Of a DNA stretch of 64,000 nucleotides, positions 1-8,207 are shown piece by piece. How positions within the stretch are numbered: position 1 is the first letter of the stretch; the number at the start of each line of letters is the position of its first letter. Under the pieces are notes generated by a model, which saw nothing but the letters and a program-made list of their open reading frames with translations, was not told the DNA's origin and did no database searches. The stretch comes from Lysobacterales bacterium (lineage in GTDB: Bacteria > Pseudomonadota > Gammaproteobacteria > Xanthomonadales > SZUA-5), in the NCBI GenBank assembly GCA_022844165.1, contig JALHMH010000004.1, positions 96,001 to 160,000 on the forward strand. The letters are read 5' to 3'. A program made the translations under genes and the position numbers.

Positions 1-658
1 GGTTCAACGTACGCGTGCCAAAGTCGAAGCGGGTGCCGATGGAGAAATTGGCTATTTGCATCTGCGGCAGATGGGTAGCGGCGACATGGCGAGTTTCGTT
101 CGCGAGTTCTACGCGAACGTCGACCGCGCGGGATTGATCATCGATGTGCGCCGCAACCGAGGCGGCAACATCGACGCATGGGTGATCGAAAAACTGCTCA
201 AACGCGCTTGGGCGTTTTGGCAACCGCCGGGTACCGCGCCGTATTGGAACATGCAACAGAGTTTTCGTGGGCACCTGGTGGTACTGGCGGATCAATTGAC
301 CTATTCGGATGGCGAGACCTTTGCCGCCGGCGTCAAAGCTCTGGGTCTTGGCCCGGTGATTGGCATGCGGACGGCGGGCGCTGGCATCTGGTTGTCGGAC
401 CGCAATCGACTTGCCGACAACGGCGTAGCGCGAATTGCCGAGTTCGGACAGTTCGATCAAGATGGCCGTTGGATGATCGAAGGCTTTGGTGTTGAACCTG
501 ATATCGCTATCGACAATCCACCGCTGGCAACCGGCCGCGGTGGCGACGCGCAGCTCGATGCCGCCATCGCGGAACTCAAACGGCGAATGGCCGCAGAGCC
601 CGTTGTGCAGCCGCCTGCCGAGATCATCCCGCCGCTCGGCAAGACCGGACGGGGCTAA
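1..658 (+). CDS. S41 family (tricorn-like) peptidase, C-terminal part; 5' end lies outside the window
   Basis: Frame open from position 2; motifs IGYLHL, LIIDVRRNRGGN, TYSDGE (catalytic Ser), GMRTAG, IEGFGVEPDI, DAQLDAAI. Confidence 0.9.
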   Translation, partial: VQRTRAKVEAGADGEIGYLHLRQMGSGDMASFVREFYANVDRAGLIIDVRRNRGGNIDAWVIEKLLKRAWAFWQPPGTAPYWNMQQSFRGHLVVLADQLTYSDGETFAAGVKALGLGPVIGMRTAGAGIWLSDRNRLADNGVARIAEFGQFDQDGRWMIEGFGVEPDIAIDNPPLATGRGGDAQLDAAIAELKRRMAAEPVVQPPAEIIPPLGKTGRG

Positions 659-704
659 CGACTCGGTTCGGGCAATTCGCAGGCAGCCGGCGCGGCCAGA
701 CCAT

Positions 705-720
705 TGGCACATGAGTCGCT
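705..720 (+). promoter_or_regulatory. Possible sigma-54 (-24/-12) promoter for the ABC transporter genes
   Basis: TGGCAC-ATGAG-TCGCT against consensus TGGCAC-N5-TTGCW (one mismatch), about 50 nt upstream of ATG 772. Confidence 0.4.
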
Positions 721-771
721 AGCTGGCGCTGGCGACACTGCGTTCCATTGAAACGATGGAGCGATGGTTGA

Positions 772-1665
772 ATGCTGGCGATCGAAAGCACGAAGCTCAC
801 CCGACGCTTTCCACAAGGAGGCGGAATCAGCGGCCTGGATTTAGCGGTGCCGACCGGCAGTCTGTATGGATTCGTGGGACCCAATGGCGCGGGTAAGACG
901 ACAACCATCCGTCTGCTGTTGGGCTTGCTTCGCCAACAGAGCGGAGCAGTGCTGATCGACGGTGCACCCGCCTCGCGCACGACCCGCGCAAAACTCGGGG
1001 CTCTCATCGAGTCACCATCCGTTTACGGCCATCTCAGCGGCTACGATAACTTGGACGTGACGCGCCGCTTGCTCGACAAACCGCGCGCTGCAATTCACGC
1101 GGTGCTGGATCGGGTTGGGTTGCGTTATGCGGCTCACCAACGTGCGAGCGACTATTCGCTTGGCATGCGCCAGAGGCTCGGTTTGGCCCTGACCTTACTC
1201 GCGGCACCATCGATCCTAATCCTCGATGAACCGTCCAACGGGCTCGATCCTCAAGGCATCGCGGACTTACGCGTACTTCTGCGTAGCTTCGTTGCCGAAG
1301 AACGCATGACGCTGATGGTCTCTTCTCACCTTCTGAGTGAGGTCGAGCAGACGGCGACGCACATCGGTGTTCTGTACCGCGGCGAATTGAAGTTCCAAGG
1401 TGCGATCACCGAGTTGCTTGCGAAGGCCCGGCCGTTGGTTTATGTGGGCTGCGATCGCCCGACCGAGGCAGCGGCGCTGCTGCACGGTGCGGGTATCGAT
1501 GCAGTACAGGTCGACTCGCGGCTGCGAATCGACAGCGCAGTGCCGCCCCATGTGGTGAATCGCCGTCTGGTCGACGCCGGCTTGCGCGTCAACGAGCTGA
1601 TCAGCGAGCGGCCATCGCTCGAATCGATGTTCTTCGGTCTGACGCAAGCTGCAGAAGGAGGCTGA
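772..1665 (+). CDS. ABC transporter ATP-binding protein (BcrA/LanF-like)
   Basis: Walker A GPNGAGKTT, signature YSLGMRQRLG, Walker B ILILDEPSNGLDP, SSHLLSEVE. Confidence 0.9.
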   Translation: MLAIESTKLTRRFPQGGGISGLDLAVPTGSLYGFVGPNGAGKTTTIRLLLGLLRQQSGAVLIDGAPASRTTRAKLGALIESPSVYGHLSGYDNLDVTRRLLDKPRAAIHAVLDRVGLRYAAHQRASDYSLGMRQRLGLALTLLAAPSILILDEPSNGLDPQGIADLRVLLRSFVAEERMTLMVSSHLLSEVEQTATHIGVLYRGELKFQGAITELLAKARPLVYVGCDRPTEAAALLHGAGIDAVQVDSRLRIDSAVPPHVVNRRLVDAGLRVNELISERPSLESMFFGLTQAAEGG

Positions 1666-1667
1666 CA

Positions 1668-2432
1668 ATGATGAGTCCCTATGGGCGTGCGCTTCAGGCC
1701 GAGATACTGAAATTGAGAAACACGTTAGCCTTGCGCTTGACTCTGATTGCACCCTTGGTTGTGGTGGGTCTGGTGACTGTGCAATGGCTGATGCAAGGTC
1801 GCTCGCCAGTACCGAGTGATGCACTGCCAGCGCGTGTATGGGCAGATTTTGCGGGCGCCGTTCTGGGCATTTTCGTGATACTGATGTTGCCGCTTTACGT
1901 GACCCTGCAGTCGGCGCTGCTGGCGCAACTGGAGCACCAGGACCGGCAATGGAAACACCTTTTGGCATTGCCGCTGCCGCGTTCGAGCTACTTCGTTGCG
2001 AAGCTGATGGCGCTGGCCCTGCTGGTGGCGCTCAGCATGTTGGTGTTGACAGTGTTGATTCCCGTTGTAGGCAGCCTCTTGCATCTGCGGGCATCGATAC
2101 CCATCGCAGGCTGGCCAGACCTGATCGACATCGCGCGTTCGCTTGGTCGGGTGTACTTATGTGCGGCGCTGCTCATCGTGTTGCAGGCATGCATCGCACT
2201 TTATTGGAAGAGCTTTACCGTAGCGGTTTCGATCGGAATGAGTGCAACGGTGATGGGTTTCATCATTGGTCAATCAAGCGAATTTGGCCCGTGGTTTCCG
2301 TGGACGATGCCCATCCAACCTCTGACGCGGCATCCTGCGCCGGAGCAAGTCATGCTGATCAGCAGCCTCGCCGCGGTGCTCATGGCCATTCTGGCTGCCT
2401 ATGAGTTCGAGCGCCGCGAGTTTTTCGATTGA
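1668..2432 (+). CDS. ABC-2 type permease (LanE/LanG-like)
   Basis: About 6 hydrophobic segments; AEILKLRNT and EHQDRQWKHLLALP motifs typical of lantibiotic/bacitracin-type permeases; follows the ATPase. Confidence 0.85.
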   Translation: MMSPYGRALQAEILKLRNTLALRLTLIAPLVVVGLVTVQWLMQGRSPVPSDALPARVWADFAGAVLGIFVILMLPLYVTLQSALLAQLEHQDRQWKHLLALPLPRSSYFVAKLMALALLVALSMLVLTVLIPVVGSLLHLRASIPIAGWPDLIDIARSLGRVYLCAALLIVLQACIALYWKSFTVAVSIGMSATVMGFIIGQSSEFGPWFPWTMPIQPLTRHPAPEQVMLISSLAAVLMAILAAYEFERREFFD

Positions 2433-2456
2433 TCGAACCGGGGCCGCAGGTATGAT
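2429..2456 (+). promoter_or_regulatory. Putative sigma-70 promoter for the small SEC-C gene
   Basis: TTGATC-16 nt-TATGAT; followed by hairpin CTGCCC/GGGCAG (2461-2478) and RBS GGAG (2485-2488). Confidence 0.45.
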
Positions 2457-2495
2457 CGCGCTGCCCATCGTCGGGCAGTTGGCTGGAGCATTGCC

Positions 2496-2735
2496 ATGAA
2501 TACCGAATTTAAAGATCAGGCGAGCTTTTGAGGTCACGAGCAAACGCCGCAAAGGATTCCCGTCTGAAACCCAGGTGAAGCGTGGACCGCGCTTCGTTCA
2601 CATCGACAAAGAACTGCTGGAGAAGCTCGGTCGGAATGACCCGTGCCCGTGCGGTTCCGGGAGGTTGTTTCAAACGCTGTTGTCTGATCAGCGGTAGCTT
2701 TTGATGGCGTCAATCGCCAAGACTATGTCCGTTAA
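2496..2735 (+). CDS. SEC-C zinc-motif small protein (78 aa) split across four segments by three putative programmed +1 frameshifts
   Basis: Joined product [78 protein letters not shown]; shift sites AGC TTT TGA (2523-2531), TTG TTT C (2665-2671), AGC TTT TGA (2696-2704). Confidence 0.75.
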
Positions 2736-2739
2736 CGGG

Positions 2740-2772
2740 AGGACCGCGATCGGAAGCGATCGCGGTCCTTTT
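2740..2772 (+). terminator. Rho-independent terminator
   Basis: Perfect stem AGGACCGCGATCG-GAAG-CGATCGCGGTCCT followed by a short T run, just after TAA 2733-2735 and between convergent genes. Confidence 0.8.
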
Positions 2773-3167
2773 CACGCGATCTGGCGCAACCAGTCTTGCA
2801 GGTTGTAGTAATTACTGACTCGGCTGATTTTCCCGTTGTCGATGTCAAAAAACGCGCCACCGGGCAACCGATACTGCTGGCCGTTTGCAGCCGGCAGACC
2901 TACGTCTGTGGTCAAATATTGACCGATCACGACGTATTCCGCCGCAGCATGTTTGCCATCGTCGGCGGCGAGGATACGAATATCTGTCAAGTGCTCCAGA
3001 TAGCTCACGCGCATTCGCTGCAAAAAGTCCGCGAATGCGGCCCGGCCGATTTCTCGTGCGCCCTGGTTCAGATCGTGGGCAACGTTGTCAGCCAGGAGAT
3101 CGAGCATGCCTTGCCAATCGGCGCGATTGAATGCTTCGTAGTAAACCGCAATCAGTGCTGCTGACAA
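2772..3167 (-). CDS. SnoaL/NTF2-like ketosteroid isomerase-related protein
   Basis: YYEAFNRADWQGMLDLL, VAHDLNQG, GQQYRLPGGAFF, RVSNYYN; TTG start. Confidence 0.85.
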   Translation of the reverse strand: MSAALIAVYYEAFNRADWQGMLDLLADNVAHDLNQGAREIGRAAFADFLQRMRVSYLEHLTDIRILAADDGKHAAAEYVVIGQYLTTDVGLPAANGQQYRLPGGAFFDIDNGKISRVSNYYNLQDWLRQIA

Positions 3168-3182
3168 TTCGACCTCTTGCTG

Positions 3183-4121
3183 TTAGAACGCGTAGCCAAA
3201 CTCCTCCAAGAATCGTGCCTTGAACTGAGTCAAGTCGAATCGTTGGTTCTGCGTGCCGGCGTGTTCTATCTTGATGGCGCCCATCAATGAGGCAATTCGG
3301 CCGGTCGTTTCGTAGTCGAAATCGTTCATCAGGCCATAAATGAGCCCGGCACGATAGGCGTCGCCGCAGCCGGTGGGGTCGAGTACCTGCTGTGCACGGG
3401 CCGACGGAATGTCAATGACACCGTCGCGCGTGTGCCATAGCGAACCTTCGCCACCGCGGGTCACGATGTAGGCGCTGACCTTCGATGCAATCTGAGCGGG
3501 CGACCAGCCGGTGCGTTCGGTCAGCAGTTGCGACTCGTAGTCGTTAACCGACACGTACGTGGCCTGCTCAATGAAGGCGCGGAACTCCTCGCCATTGAAC
3601 AGTGGCAGCGCCTGGCCAGGATCGAAGATGAAAGGAATGCCCATCGATTTGAACTCGGCGGCATGCTGCAGCATGGCATCGCGGTTGTCCGGCGCCACGA
3701 TACCGAATGCCGCACCGCGCACATCCTTGACGTGCGCGCCGTGGCTTTGCGTCATCGCCCCGGGATGAAACGCCGTGATCTGGTTGTCGTCCAAATCGGT
3801 CGTGATGTATGCCTGCGCGGTGTAGTGGTCTGGCAATTCGCGCACGCAGCGCAGATCGACGCCCATGGCCTCGAAGTGTTGTCGATACGGCTCGAAATCG
3901 CGACCCACAGAACCAAAAGGCACCGGATGACCGCCGAGGAGCTTTAAGTTGTAGCTGATGTTGCCAGCGCACCCGCCAAACTCGCGGCGCAGTTTCGGTA
4001 CATAGAAGGCAACGCTGAGCATGTGCACTTTATCGGCCAGGATGTGGTTTTTGAAGCGATCCTCGAACACCATGATGGTGTCGTACGCGAGCGAACCGCA
4101 GATCAGGGCTTGTTTGGACAT
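3183..4121 (-). CDS. PfkB family carbohydrate/adenosine kinase
   Basis: ICGSLAYDTIM, FGGCAGNI, DPTGCGDAYRAG PfkB signature; start reassigned to ATG 4121 (MSKQALI). Confidence 0.9.
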   Translation of the reverse strand: MSKQALICGSLAYDTIMVFEDRFKNHILADKVHMLSVAFYVPKLRREFGGCAGNISYNLKLLGGHPVPFGSVGRDFEPYRQHFEAMGVDLRCVRELPDHYTAQAYITTDLDDNQITAFHPGAMTQSHGAHVKDVRGAAFGIVAPDNRDAMLQHAAEFKSMGIPFIFDPGQALPLFNGEEFRAFIEQATYVSVNDYESQLLTERTGWSPAQIASKVSAYIVTRGGEGSLWHTRDGVIDIPSARAQQVLDPTGCGDAYRAGLIYGLMNDFDYETTGRIASLMGAIKIEHAGTQNQRFDLTQFKARFLEEFGYAF

Positions 4122-4353
4122 GGTTTTCTTGTTGAGCGTGATGCCGCGGAGACTAGCAGGGTTGCACCTTTGGCGACGTCCGGTGAGCGACGTACCGATG
4201 CCGCGAACGCCAAGGTAAGCCCTGCGTTTCATCCGGGAGGTCCGAATAACCTGCTGCGCGGGCTGATGGGATTTGCCAATGTTGCTCGCGCTTGTCGAAT
4301 CTACGTGAATCGCGCGTTATGATCGCGACATCTGCAAGCCGGGGATACGCTCG

Positions 4354-6396
4354 ATGTCGTGGGGACGTGAGACGGGCAAGGGGCTTCAAGTTTCACTGTT
4401 GGCGATGGTACTGGTCGCTTGCGGCGGCGGCGGCGGCCCGGAGACGGTCGGTACCGCACCGCCGGCGTCAGGCGCGCCTGCGCAGGGCTGTACTGGGTCG
4501 TGTGCAAATGCCCAGTCGTTCTTGACCGCGGCCGACGTGAACACCGTCATCGCTCAGGCGGTGGCCGAAGCGTCTGCTAACACCGCGCCGGCGACCATCG
4601 CCGTTGTTGATCGCGTCGGCAATGTTCTTGCCGTGTATCGGATGACCGGTGCGCGTGGGCTGGTCAACATCAATTCCAACCGCAATGTCGTCGGTGGCCT
4701 TGAGAATTTGAACGTGCCCAGTGAGCTCGCGGCTATCGCAAAAGCGATCACTGGTGCGTATTTGTCGAGCGAAGGCAATGCGTTCTCGACGCGCACTGCA
4801 AGCCAGATTGTCCAGGAGACTTTTAATCCGGGCGAAAGCAACGCGCCATCCGGACCGCTGTTTGGCGTCCAATTCAGTCAGCTCCCCTGCTCCGATTTCA
4901 TGCTGCGTTTCGCAACTGGGCAGAGTCCTGGCGTTGGGCCCAAACGCTCTCCGCTCGGTTTATCAGCAGATCCTGGCGGATTTCCGTTATACAAAAATGG
5001 TGTGCCGGTGGGTGGCGTTGGTGTAGCGGCCGACCCGCTCTACACACTCGATCGACGGATCCTGGATCGCGATCGCGATATCGACGAGCTGATCGGGCTC
5101 GCTGCAACATTCGGATATGGCGCGCCGGCAGATCGACGTGGAGACGTCATCACGGCGGATGGAAAAACGTTCCGCTACACCGATGTCGAATACGCAGATT
5201 TAGCCCGCGCACCCGGCAATGCCCCGGCATTGACGCCGGCCAATGGCAGCTTGATCAAGGTCCCGGCCTACGCCGATGCGGTCGTGCGCGAGGGCACGGC
5301 ATTTGGTCAGCCGGCCTCAGGCATCCGCCCGGCCGACAGCGATCTGGCCGATCTCGACGCCTTCATCCTGGTCGATGGAAACAACCAGAACCGGTTTGCG
5401 CCTCGCGCCGGAACGGAGCCCTCGGGCGCGCTCACTGCAAATGAAGCGCAGACGGTATTGCGCGAAGCACTGAAGGTCGCCAATCGCGCCCGCGCGCAAA
5501 TTCGTCAACCTTTCGGTAGCCAGGCACGAGTGAGTTTTTCGGTCGTCGATACGCGCGGCACGGTGCTCGCCCTGGCGCGTACTCGCGATGCGCCGGTGTT
5601 CGGTCTGGATGTGAGCTTGCAAAAGGCCCGTGCGGCAGCGTTTTTCTCCAGTGCGGCCGCGGCTGCCGATATCAGCAGTTTGCCGCCTGCGACATTTTTT
5701 GGCTCGGCGCTGAATGCTCAAGGCCTGCAACTCTCAACCGTGGGTAGCACGCCGCTTGTATCTTATGTCACGCGGACTCGCGAGTTCCTGGGATCGGCGA
5801 CGTCGTTGGGCGACGGTGCGATTGCTTACGCAAATCGTTCGGTCGGGAACCTCGCTCGGCCGTTCTATCCGGATGGCATCATCGGGTTGCCAGCGGGTCC
5901 TTTTTCCAACGAATTCGACTCGTGGAGTCCTTTTGACGTCGGTCTGCAACTGGACCTGGCATACAACCAGCTGGCGCTTCATGTAGCGCACTATGTGAAT
6001 CAACTGGGTGCGGCCATTTTTCTGGACGGGCGGCTATTGGCGCCAGCGCCCACCGCCCAGAATCCTGTGCCATTGCCCGACATCGGCTTTAGTTGTACCG
6101 GTCTGCCGCGAATTCCAAACGGTATTCAAATATTCCCTGGCAGCGTACCAATTTATCGTGGCGAGCAGCTTGTCGGTGCGATTGGCATCTCGGGCGATGG
6201 CGTTGACCAGGACGATATGATCGCGTTTCTGGGTCTGCACAATGCATCAGTCGCTTTGAACGGATCGATTGGTAACGCTCCCGGCGCTCGCCGGGCCGAT
6301 CAGCTGGCCCCGCGCGGCGCGCGCTTGCGCTACGTACAGTGTCCGCAAGCGCCATTCATCGATAGCAACGAGCAAAACGTCTGCGAGGGCAAATGA
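4354..6396 (+). CDS. Lipoprotein with tandem GlcG/HbpS-like heme-binding domains
   Basis: Lipobox LVAC-GGGG; two GlcG-like units (ATIAVVDRVGNVL...PGGFPLYKNGVPVGGVGV and SFSVVDTRGTVL...SLQKAR...FPGSVPIYRGEQLVGAIGISGDG). Confidence 0.75.
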   Translation: MSWGRETGKGLQVSLLAMVLVACGGGGGPETVGTAPPASGAPAQGCTGSCANAQSFLTAADVNTVIAQAVAEASANTAPATIAVVDRVGNVLAVYRMTGARGLVNINSNRNVVGGLENLNVPSELAAIAKAITGAYLSSEGNAFSTRTASQIVQETFNPGESNAPSGPLFGVQFSQLPCSDFMLRFATGQSPGVGPKRSPLGLSADPGGFPLYKNGVPVGGVGVAADPLYTLDRRILDRDRDIDELIGLAATFGYGAPADRRGDVITADGKTFRYTDVEYADLARAPGNAPALTPANGSLIKVPAYADAVVREGTAFGQPASGIRPADSDLADLDAFILVDGNNQNRFAPRAGTEPSGALTANEAQTVLREALKVANRARAQIRQPFGSQARVSFSVVDTRGTVLALARTRDAPVFGLDVSLQKARAAAFFSSAAAAADISSLPPATFFGSALNAQGLQLSTVGSTPLVSYVTRTREFLGSATSLGDGAIAYANRSVGNLARPFYPDGIIGLPAGPFSNEFDSWSPFDVGLQLDLAYNQLALHVAHYVNQLGAAIFLDGRLLAPAPTAQNPVPLPDIGFSCTGLPRIPNGIQIFPGSVPIYRGEQLVGAIGISGDGVDQDDMIAFLGLHNASVALNGSIGNAPGARRADQLAPRGARLRYVQCPQAPFIDSNEQNVCEGK

Positions 6397-6397
6397 C

Positions 6398-8188
6398 ATG
6401 AGCCTGTGCTTATCGCTTGCCCTGACTGCCGCTGGCCTTTGCCCACCGGCGCCACACGCCAACTCTCTGGCGATGGAAACGCTGATCGGTGGATCGTTGC
6501 CGGCTTATTTGTACGATCCGGACGAAGTCAAAATCGTGCGCCGACGTCCAGGGCACCCGCCGCCCAAATCGCGCCATCGGCCTGATCAGAACACGGCAAA
6601 TGTCGATCCCGCGCCGATCGACGCCGTCGGTGAGTTCTTGCCGGTGCCAGATCGTTGGCGAATCATGGAGACCTTAGGCTTCAAGTACCCTTGGTACGAT
6701 CCCTACAACCAGAACATCTGGAAGGGCGACAAACCGATTCACGATGAGGATTGGTTCCTGAGCTTGCTGGCCATCAGCGACACGGTACTTGAACCGCGAT
6801 CGATTCCAACACCGGTTGGCCCGCAGGCTTCCGCCGATCCGGGCGCGCTGGATATCTTCGCTGGCGGAGATCAGACGATCGTTTCGCAAACCGTGCTTGC
6901 GGGGCTCGTGTACTACAAAGGCAACACGACGTTCAAACCGCCAGCGTACGAGTACCGATTGACGTTGGCACTCAATTACAACCGTGTCGATATCGATGAC
7001 GTTCGTGGACTCGACATCGATCCGCGTGAGGGCAAGACTCGTGTCGATGGGTTCATCGCGCTGCAAGAGGTTTTCGCCGACATTCACTTGCGCGACGTTA
7101 GCCCGCGCTACGATTTCGATGCGATTCGTTTTGGCATTCAGCCGTTCTCGAGCGACTTTCGTGGATTCCTGTTCCAGGATCTGCAGTTCGGCGTGCGCTT
7201 GTTCGGCAACCGCGACAACAACAAGAAACAATACAACCTGGCCTGGTTCCGGCGCGTCGAAAAGGACTTGAACTCCGGTCTGAACGACGTATCGGAGGGC
7301 CTGCGCGACGACGATATCTTCATCGCGAACTACTATTGGCAAGACCTCGGGATACTCGGATTCACGTCGCAAGCGACGCTGGTCTACAACCGCAATCGCG
7401 AAACGGATTTATTCTTCGATTCCAACGGCTTCATCCAACGGCCGTCATCTTTGGGCACCGAACGTCCGCGCGAATACGACGTGGCGTATCTGGGTTACAA
7501 CGGCGATGGTCGCATCGGTTGGTTGAACCTCTCGGCGAGCGCCTATTACGCTTTTGGCGACAATCAAGGTACGTTTACCGGCCGCGACAGCGATGTCCGC
7601 GCGGGTTTCTTTGCGGCCGAGTTGTCACGTGACTATGACTGGATTCGTCCGCGGCTGTCCGTCGCCTATGCGAGTGGCGATGAGGATCCTTTCGATGATC
7701 GCAGCAACGGTTACGACGCGATCTTCGAGAACCCGATTTTCGCGGGCGCCGACACCAGCTATTGGATTCGTCAGAACGTGCCGCTGATTGGCGGTGGCGG
7801 CGTCACTCTAGCTTCGCGAAATGGCATCCTGAACTCGATGCGCTCGTCGAAAGAACAGGGTCAGTCCAACTTCGACAATCCTGGCTTGCACTTGATTGGG
7901 ATCGGCGCCGACTTCGACATCACGCCGGAGTCGCGAGTGTCGTTCAACGTCAACCAGTTGTGGTTCGATGAAACCGCAGTGCTTGAAGCGGCGCGCAATC
8001 AGGCGCCGATTGATCGCGAGATTGGTACCGATGTGTCCATTGCCTGGATCTGGCGCCCGTTCATGACACAGAACATCGTGTTCCGTTTGTCCGGTGCCGC
8101 GCTTGAGCCAGGCGATGGACTGGCGGACTTGTATGGCGACGACGACACCTACTACACGGTGTTGGGCAATGTGATTTTTACCTATTGA
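6398..8188 (+). CDS. Putative outer-membrane beta-barrel (porin-like) protein
   Basis: N-terminal signal-like segment from ATG 6398; many amphipathic aromatic strands; C-terminus VLGNVIFTY fits a BAM beta-signal. Confidence 0.65.
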   Translation: MSLCLSLALTAAGLCPPAPHANSLAMETLIGGSLPAYLYDPDEVKIVRRRPGHPPPKSRHRPDQNTANVDPAPIDAVGEFLPVPDRWRIMETLGFKYPWYDPYNQNIWKGDKPIHDEDWFLSLLAISDTVLEPRSIPTPVGPQASADPGALDIFAGGDQTIVSQTVLAGLVYYKGNTTFKPPAYEYRLTLALNYNRVDIDDVRGLDIDPREGKTRVDGFIALQEVFADIHLRDVSPRYDFDAIRFGIQPFSSDFRGFLFQDLQFGVRLFGNRDNNKKQYNLAWFRRVEKDLNSGLNDVSEGLRDDDIFIANYYWQDLGILGFTSQATLVYNRNRETDLFFDSNGFIQRPSSLGTERPREYDVAYLGYNGDGRIGWLNLSASAYYAFGDNQGTFTGRDSDVRAGFFAAELSRDYDWIRPRLSVAYASGDEDPFDDRSNGYDAIFENPIFAGADTSYWIRQNVPLIGGGGVTLASRNGILNSMRSSKEQGQSNFDNPGLHLIGIGADFDITPESRVSFNVNQLWFDETAVLEAARNQAPIDREIGTDVSIAWIWRPFMTQNIVFRLSGAALEPGDGLADLYGDDDTYYTVLGNVIFTY

Positions 8189-8207
8189 CGGTCTGGTTGG
8201 GGACAGC

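Noticed and set aside
2496-2735. Simple pseudogene or homopolymer error explanation for the SEC-C gene
   Set aside because: Not excluded but disfavoured: three same-direction shifts all at Phe codons, two identical nonamers, a correctly spaced internal SD, intact expression signals and no other broken genes noticed.
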